Position numbers and translations under genes: made by a program. Shown one piece after another: positions 56,601 to 64,000 of a stretch of DNA of 64,000 nt. The DNA is from Squalus acanthias. Taxonomy: Eukaryota. How positions within the stretch are numbered: position 1 is the first letter of the stretch; every line of letters begins with the position of its first letter. Where the stretch lies: positions 202,740,001 through 202,804,000 of the forward strand of contig CM059425.1 of assembly GCA_030390025.1 (NCBI GenBank). Direction: 5' to 3'. The notes under the pieces were generated by a model. The model had not been told where the DNA came from. It worked only from the letters and a program-made list of their open reading frames with translations, and searched no databases.

Positions 56601-56912
56601 TACAACTGAGTGGCTTGCTAGGCCATTTCTGAGGGCAGTTAAGAGTCAACCACATTGCTGTGGGTCTGGAGTCACATATAGGCCAGATCAGGTAAGGACA
56701 GCAGATTGCCTTCCCTAAAGGACATTAGTGAACCAGATGGGTTTTTATGACAATCCAATAGTTTCATAGTCACCATTACTAATACTAGTTTTTTATTTAT
56801 TTAATTAACTGAATTTAAATTCCCCAGCTGCCGTGATGGGATTTGAACTGATGTCTCCAGATCATTAGTCTAGGCCTCTGGATTACTAGTCCAGTAACAT
56901 AACCACTATGCT
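53643..56912 (-). mobile_element. Near full-length CR1-group LINE (APE-RT, disrupted) with tRNA-derived head
   Basis: APE motifs TNIWGL, DIVILTES, LDLVLTN, GSSDH; RT motifs YRPISL, DIKAAFDRVWH, PQGSVLGP, FADD; frameshifts and stops; poly(A) tail; A/B boxes at the 5' end. Confidence 0.9.
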
Positions 56913-57081
56913 TGGTTCCACTCTTATCTATCCAATTGTAACCAGAGCATCTTTATCAATAGGTTCCCTTCCCACCCCTACACTGTCACCTTAGGAGTCC
57001 TTCCTCTTATTCATCTACCTGCAGCCCTTTTACGACAGAATCTACAAGCATGGTGTCAGCTTCCATATGTATGCTGATGAC
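56913..57081 (+). mobile_element. L2 LINE fragment (3' continuation)
   Basis: TGGTTCCACTCTTATCTA...GGAGTCC...GTCAGCTTCCATATGTATGCTGATGAC (VSFHMYADD). Confidence 0.7.
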
Positions 57082-57197
57082 ATGAGCCACAGGGCAGATT
57101 TTTGGCTCAGGACAAAATGGGCGCAATAACGGTGAGGCGCCCGTGCCACCTACCCAAAGCCAAAGTCGAGAGGCCAGAGTCATTTTCACGTTACTTA

Positions 57198-57738
57198 GTG
57201 TGCACAGTTTTGGTCTCCTTATCTAAGGATGGATATACTTGACTTGGATGTGGTGCAACGAAGGTTCACTAGATTGATTCCTGGGATGAGAGGGCTGTCC
57301 TATGATGAGAGATTGTGTAGAATGGGCCTATGCTCTCTGGAGTTTAGAAGAGAGGTGATCTCATGGAAAATACAAGATTCTGAAGGGGCTTGACAGGGTA
57401 GATGCGGAGAGGTTGTTTCCCCTGGCTAGAGTGTCTAGAACTAGGGGGCATAGACTCAGGATAAGGAGTAGGCCGAGATGAGGAGGAATTTCTTCACTCA
57501 GAGGGTTGTGAATCTTTGGGATTCTCTGCCCCAGAGGGCTGTGAATGCTGAGTCTTTGAGTATATTCAAGGCTGAAATAGATAGTTTTTTGGACTCTAGG
57601 GAAATCAAGGGATAGGGAAATCAAGGGATATGGAGATCGGGCTGGAGCGTGGAGTTGAGGTCGATGATCAGCCATGATCTTATTGAATGGAGGAGGAGGC
57701 TCGAGGGGCCGTATGGCCTACTCCTGCTCCTATTTCTT
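57198..57738 (+). mobile_element. CR1 LINE 3' end
   Basis: CAGTTTTGGTCTCC...GAGGAGGAATTTCTTCACTCAGAGGGTTGTGAAT...GGCCTACTCCTGCTCCTATTTCTT. Confidence 0.85.
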
Positions 57739-58742
57739 AAGTTTTTAATAATATCACAAAGAGGAATTTCAACTCAAGTTTTCCTCACACTCCGTCACTT
57801 CAGGAACCCTCAGGTCAATAGTTAACTACTACCTTAACCGCAGTCAACATTTGTATAATAAAGTATCTTGATATAGATTAATAATCGGCATTCAAAGAAA
57901 CTATGTAAATAAACATAGTGGTGATATTTTACTTCCAAGAAATTGTAAGGAAAGGATTAGGTCCTGAATCACATGTTCTGTAAAAGTTATAGTTATATTT
58001 GGAAATACAGACTTATATAGGCTGCAACAAGGCCTCAGCCATTTTACTTATTAACTGAATGAAAGTATTATGGAATAGAGTATAGTTTGCTGAAACGATT
58101 TACTACCATCTGCTGTTTGTGCCATCTGTTGCCGTGAAGTTTTACTCAAAAGTGTTTTGCATTGGTGCAGAACTTCAGAATTCCTCTGTATACTCTCCTT
58201 CTGCTAAGCATGGTCAGGTCAGATCAACATTTTCCAGTGTGTAAAACCCAAATCATGTCACTGCTTGCACAGTTGCTGTGCCTGTCCAAAGAGTGTGATA
58301 GTGCTGCTAGAAACAGTGAAGTAGGCCTCCATTTTATATTTGCAAATTAAGGTAACTTTTTGCCAATATACTACCACCTTCTATTTTTTCAGTGGGAACT
58401 ATGGAATTTGCAATTTGATATTTGAATATTCCATCTCGGTCATCCATTGAAACTGAATTTTACTTGGACAATATCAACAAGACCAGGAGAAGATTTCTGT
58501 TACCCACATGCACAAAGGTCATTTAAAAAAACAGAAAACTTATCACTAAAATGAATTCCCAATCTTAGCTATACTACATAAGAAGAAACTGAGCACAGAC
58601 ATGGTATATGGAGAAGAAAAAAATCAGAAAATGAACCCCCACTGAGCCACTCCTGCTGGCTGGCCAACAACAGCACTGGTGGTGGTCAAACCACCCACAT
58701 TGCCCTCTTGACTACAGGAGATGAGTGTTAAAATACCACTCC

Positions 58743-59933
58743 CATAAGAACACAAGAATTAGGAGCAGAGTAGGCCATACAGCCCCTTGAGTCTGCTCCA
58801 CCATTCAATAAGATCATGGCTGATCTTCAACCTTAACTCCATTTTCCCGCCCAATCCCCATATCCCTTGATTCCCCGAGAGTCCAAAAATCTATCTTTCT
58901 CAGCCTTGAATATACTCAACATTTCAGCATCCACAGCTCTTTCAGGTAGAGAATTTCGAAGATTCACAACCCTCTGAGTGAAGAAATTCCTCCTCATCTC
59001 AGTCTTAAATGGCCGACCCCTTATCCTGAGACTATGTTCCCTAGGTCTAGACTCTCCAGCCACGGGAAACAACCTCTCAGCATCTATCCTGTCAATCCCC
59101 CTCAGAATCTTATGTTACAATGAGATCACCTCTCATCCTTCTAAACTCCAGAGAGTATAGGCCCAATCTATTCAAGCTCTCCTCATAGGACAACCCTCTC
59201 ATCCCAGAGATCAATCTAGTGAACCTTCGTTGCACCGCCTCTCAGGCAAGTACATCCTTCCTCAGATAAGGAGACCAAAAACTGTGCACAATACTCCAGG
59301 TATGGTCTCACCAAAGCCCTGTACAATTATAGCAAGACTTCCTTCCTCTTGTACTCCAACCCCCTTGAAATAAAGGCCAACATGTCATTTGCCTTCCTAA
59401 TTGCTTGCTGTACCTGCATGCTAACTCTCTGTGTTTCCTGTACGAGGAGACCTTAATCTCTCTGAACAACAACATTTAATAGTTTCTCACCTTTTAAAAA
59501 ATATTCTGTTTTTCTATTCTTCCTACCAAAGTGAATAACCTCACATTTCCCCACATTATACTCCTTCTGCCACCTTATTGCCCACTCACTTAACCTGTCT
59601 ATATCCCTTTGCAAGCTCTTTGTCTCCTCCTCACAGCTTACTTTCCCACCTAGCTTTGTATCGTCAGCAAACTTGGATACATTAGACTCGGTCCCTTCAT
59701 CTAAGTCATTAATATAGATTGTAAATAGCTGAGGCACAAGCACTGATCCTTGCGGCACCCCACTAGTTACAGTCTGCCAACCTGAAAATGACCTGTTTAT
59801 CCGTACTCTCTTGTTTTCTGTCCGTTAACCAATTCTCTATCCATGCTAATATATTACCCCCAACCCCATGAGCCCTTATCTTGTGTAACAACCTTTTATG
59901 TGGCACCTTATCGAATACCTTTTGGAAATCCAA
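58743..59933 (-). mobile_element. CR1 LINE 3' fragment
   Basis: PQGSVL...KFADDTKL...LQRDIDRL; RRNFFTQRVVN; CR1 tail. Confidence 0.9.
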
Positions 59934-60819
59934 AAATGGACACGGGGAAATATATCTTTAGTAGTTAGTATCTCCTGCTATTCCACTCTGCTTCAGCACT
60001 AATAACAGAGACTTCAAAATCAACTTATACAGAAAACCACATTCTGATATGTATTAGTATCATGACTAAACTAAATGGAGCCAAAAATCCTTGTCCCTGC
60101 TCTGCCCGCATAAGCTTGGCAGAGTGGGTGCTGGTGATCCCCACTCCTAACCTTGCTGAAGTTTCCGAAGTAAAGTTGGGTCAATTGATTTGTATTCAAA
60201 TTGTGGATGTGTTTGCCACGATGGACACATCTTGCTAGAGGAGGGATGGCAAGTCACTCGCTGACAGTCTTCAAAAAAAACTTGTATGATGTGCTGAGGC
60301 CCGATGCCCGTCGTGCTACCAGATCCGGGCTGGGACCAAGCCTGGACTCCCTGTGGGTCCCGTTTGTGCCACTGAGCAGACCTGTACACCGAGTTCAGTT
60401 TGCTCTGCAGTAGGAAAGCCAAGAGCTGGGAAATTACCAGTGGTTGGAATTCCCTCCCCTCAGCTCCTCTGCCACTGATGTTTGAGGCAGACCCACGTTC
60501 CTCCCCAACCAGGCCCCTGTTTGAATTACCAGCAGGCAGGATTCCAAGTGGCGATCTAGCATCCCTGGGTCTTGGAAGATATCCCACCTCGGACGGGCTC
60601 CCGTGCCCGACTTCCACCCCAGGAGTGTCGTTTGGGTCAATTTTGGGCCCACATTCTTTAGCCAACACAATATGAAAATGAAAGAATCAAGTTTTACCAT
60701 CTTTACAAAGATATTGATCTGGTTCACTACACCACCACACCTGAACCAGTACCACTCTAGTCAAAAGCAATGTTAAGATTCTGTATCTCAATAACTTCAA
60801 AATAGATACTGTTTCAGTT

Positions 60820-61158
60820 TTCTCTCCTGAAGGAGACGAGTCATGCTGTGGTGCCATTCCATGAATGCTAGCAGCCTCTGGTACCATGCACAAGTGAGTG
60901 TCAGCAGGCTATTCAGCACTGACACATAACTGCACTGATGCCGTCTTCAGTCAATGTTCAGACATGCCTACTTTCCAGAAAGTGTTTCTGATCACGAGCA
61001 GGAACCTTGGGCTGATTTTCCACCCTAACTGCTGGTTCGAAGACCAACTGCAGTGCATGCTTAACTGGATCAGTTAACTCAGCACAGATCAGAGATCGGA
61101 CTTGAGAGCTTGGTCTGTGTGGCTGTGCACACCACCATTCAGTGCATTTACCCACTGC
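60820..61158 (-). mobile_element. tRNA-head SINE (family A)
   Basis: Reverse complement matches the family core (GCTGAGTTAACTGATC, GAATAGCCTGCTGACACTCAC, CTTCAGGAGAG). Confidence 0.6.
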
Positions 61159-64000
61159 AAGAGTATAAAACTGAAAATGACAATTTTGTAGAATTCAATT
61201 TTTACAAATTTGTTGAATGTAAACTCGAACAGTAAATATTCACAATTGTAAAACCATGCAAAATTAACTATCGTGATCCTCTTGCAAAAATATATCTGAA
61301 TTTATGTTGGCAATATTTAATACTAATATTAACGTCAAAGAAATTAAAATTAAATTCCATCAAAGTATAAAAAAATATTTACCTCAAACATCTACATGAC
61401 TAGTCTTATTACATATGACAAGTGTTGTAGAAACTTGAACTAAATGTCTCAGGAAACATACAATCTCTGGTTAAAGGCTGCAACCTCATGTCACTACATT
61501 CACTTTTGTTGCGTCACACTGACCCCACTCCTCTTATCCACATTCTGTGAAGCTGACATCACCGATCAGTTCTGAGCAGGTCTCACCTCTAGGCAACAAA
61601 GTCTCTTTTCATTGGTTTTCCACTGTAGGCCACATGGGGCAAACACAATGGTCGCCCCCAGCTTCACACAAGCTCCCCAGTCTGTATGGAACATCATTTC
61701 TGAGTGATTTATAACCAACACTTTTCCTCTGCATCTGTGCAGGGAAACACACATCACTGGGGGCCACTTTCATGATTTTGTTGCGACTAGGATTAGCTGG
61801 ATTAGGGGCTGACTCATAAGGACCCCCTGTAGCCATGAGGAAGTTTCATCACAGGGTCAGTGTGATGTTAACTATACTCCACTACCAACATCACAAGTCT
61901 ATCATAAAATAGATACAAAACCAAAAACTGAATGAACAATTTATAGCAAACAAAATGTATGGCTTCCTCTCAAACATCCAAATATATTCTCCTAGTGTTT
62001 TTTTCCCATCAGAAGGCAAGAAGGAACTTTAGAAATACATTTACTAACCCACATGAAAAAACAAAAAAGAAATCTAGACATTTTTATTCAAAAAATATTC
62101 ACTGAGATCACATATTATGATACAGTAGAGATGGCACTCATTCAGTTTTGTCACCAAATTGATATCTATGCGCATGGAAGAAACGTTTTAAACACAAAAA
62201 ATGTTTTAAATGTTTACAAGCAGTTGTTGTTGCATTTCACTGCAAATTAAAACAGATGCTACCCGTCAAAAGTATTTCACAAATTTGAGATATCTTTTAG
62301 AAACTAAAATGGGTGCAACATTGCATAGAAATTATGATGAGAAATGGTCAACGATCAACAAATGCAGGGATGCACTGAAGATGGAAAAAGAGTAAAGACA
62401 AACCCACTAAAGAAAACAGAAACTTTTAGAGCAATCATAATGTTTTATCAAAGCCTTATCTGTTATATTTCTTTTTCTCTTCTCTTTCTCGTTCTTTCTC
62501 TCCTCTCTTCTGTTTAGCGCATTCACTATCAAAAGAAAGGGGGTAAGCAATGGAGGCTTTGACCTGCAGCTGTAACACAATACTTTCACACAGCCCTGTC
62601 GACCCCCTGACATAAATTTTACACCGCAGCTGGCATTTACACACTTAGCATTTCCATATGTATAGCTTGGTCTGTGCTAATTATGCTAATCACCTGTCTA
62701 ACTCTCCGCTGCGAAAAATGGTTGTATTTAGCAGTCCACTGCCTACAAATACAGCTTACTGTGTGGCTGAAATGTACATTCAGACAACCCTGAATGGCAA
62801 GATTTTTCCACGTTGCTGGCTTCATTCAGACTGCAGAAAAATTTATTCAAGTCAACTGGTTTCGGCCTGCAACAAAAAAGTTACGAGAAAAAAGTGAGTG
62901 TGTTCCTGCCCTAACATTCTAAGTCTGCTTGCAAGCAAAATGATAAATCAATTGGTGTGGGAAACAAAAAAGGAGAGATATATTTTGCAAGCCATGTGAA
63001 ACAGTAGCTTTTAAAAAGAAGAAAAACCACTAGGTCCACCCATTTCTTCCCAAGATCTCCAGAATGAAGAGCATTTGTTTCTTTTACAGCAGGTATTAAA
63101 ACAATAAAAGTAGGAAGAAAAGCTTATAGAAAGAATTCACCTCCTCCATTATTTCAGAGAATAAATGAATTACCAATTAACAATAAAATAACTTTGGACT
63201 GGTCAAAGCTACTTTGCAACAATCACCTTCAGAATGCTCAGGGGAAAGGCAGCCGTCTACTTTTAAAGAAAAAAATGGTACACATTTTGAGCCACTTAAA
63301 TATCAGACACCTTCAGAGTTTGTTAAAGAATAAATCATACAAAGGCTGCATATTTAGAAGCAGTTTACATTTACATTTCAAATAGAATTCCCTTTTACTA
63401 AAGGGACATCCTAGACCAAAGGCAATGAGGTTTTAGACACCTTGAAATTGGGCTATACTGTTTGCAGAAAATGTTATATATATATATAAAACAGGTGAAA
63501 TTCATGATGTTACTAGAATTTCATATATATATATATTATAAACTGTTTAAAAACAGTGAGACAATTACATCTGACCCAGATTCTACTGGATTTTGAATTC
63601 AGTTGCAGTTCTTTGGCAGTGCAGAGCCTTATAATAATTCAAATGCTCACTGTCAGTTTTGTTCCAAAACCTGGCTCAGCAGCCAAAACAGAAATAACAC
63701 TACAACTACTGTGGTCATTTCACAGCAGAGAGGATTTTTTAAGAGGGGGGGGGGGAGTGGGATGGAGGTTTAGACCACCCTGCTTCCATGGCACAGTATT
63801 CTGTTTACATTGCAGTGCTTGATTGTGTAATACATATGGCATTTTTGGGTAGGATTCCTTAGCCTTGGGCCAAAAGCCTTTAAGCAATACTATTTTAAAA
63901 ACTGTACACTAGCCATTTATTTCCTTTTCCCTTTTGTAATACTTTTATTTTGATATTTATCATTAAATATAATGATAGCATCAACCACTTTGCCCTCCAT

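Noticed and set aside
56830-56912. Functional tRNA gene
   Set aside because: Has A/B boxes but no recognisable complete cloverleaf, and continues into a retroposon body.
57597-57628. 16-bp tandem duplication (also 14-bp at 8802-8829)
   Set aside because: Ordinary slippage duplications in neutral sequence.
45368-64000. PTCH1 exon 2 or a second gene in the right-hand 18.6 kb
   Set aside because: No APLWLRA/NVEELWVE-like peptide or other non-TE coding signal was found; treated as intron 2.

Overview
Eukaryotic (vertebrate) genomic DNA, most likely a cartilaginous fish such as a shark, judged from the repeat complement. The window is dominated by a minus-strand PTCH1 (Patched-1, Hedgehog receptor) gene. 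Coding exons 3-23 (human numbering) lie between 45367 and 2144 with GT-AG boundaries and a continuous frame (3944 nt: 2 nt plus 1314 codons including the stop). They are followed by a 3'UTR intron and a non-coding exon 24 starting at 1795. Exons 1-2 lie beyond the right edge; 45368-64000 is intron 2. Introns contain CR1, L2 and RTE LINE fragments, tRNA-derived SINEs, many GC-rich MITEs with 3-bp TSDs (PIF/Harbinger-like) and one hAT MITE with an 8-bp TSD. Most notable: (i) a ~3.27 kb ORF1-less APE-RT LINE with a tRNA/SINE-type Pol III head, nested in an L2; (ii) a candidate stop-containing cassette exon in intron 12, in an intron carrying several RBFOX motifs; (iii) loss of the C-terminal PPxY motif (PPPN). 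Comparisons to human PTCH1 and to repeat families are from memory, not alignments.
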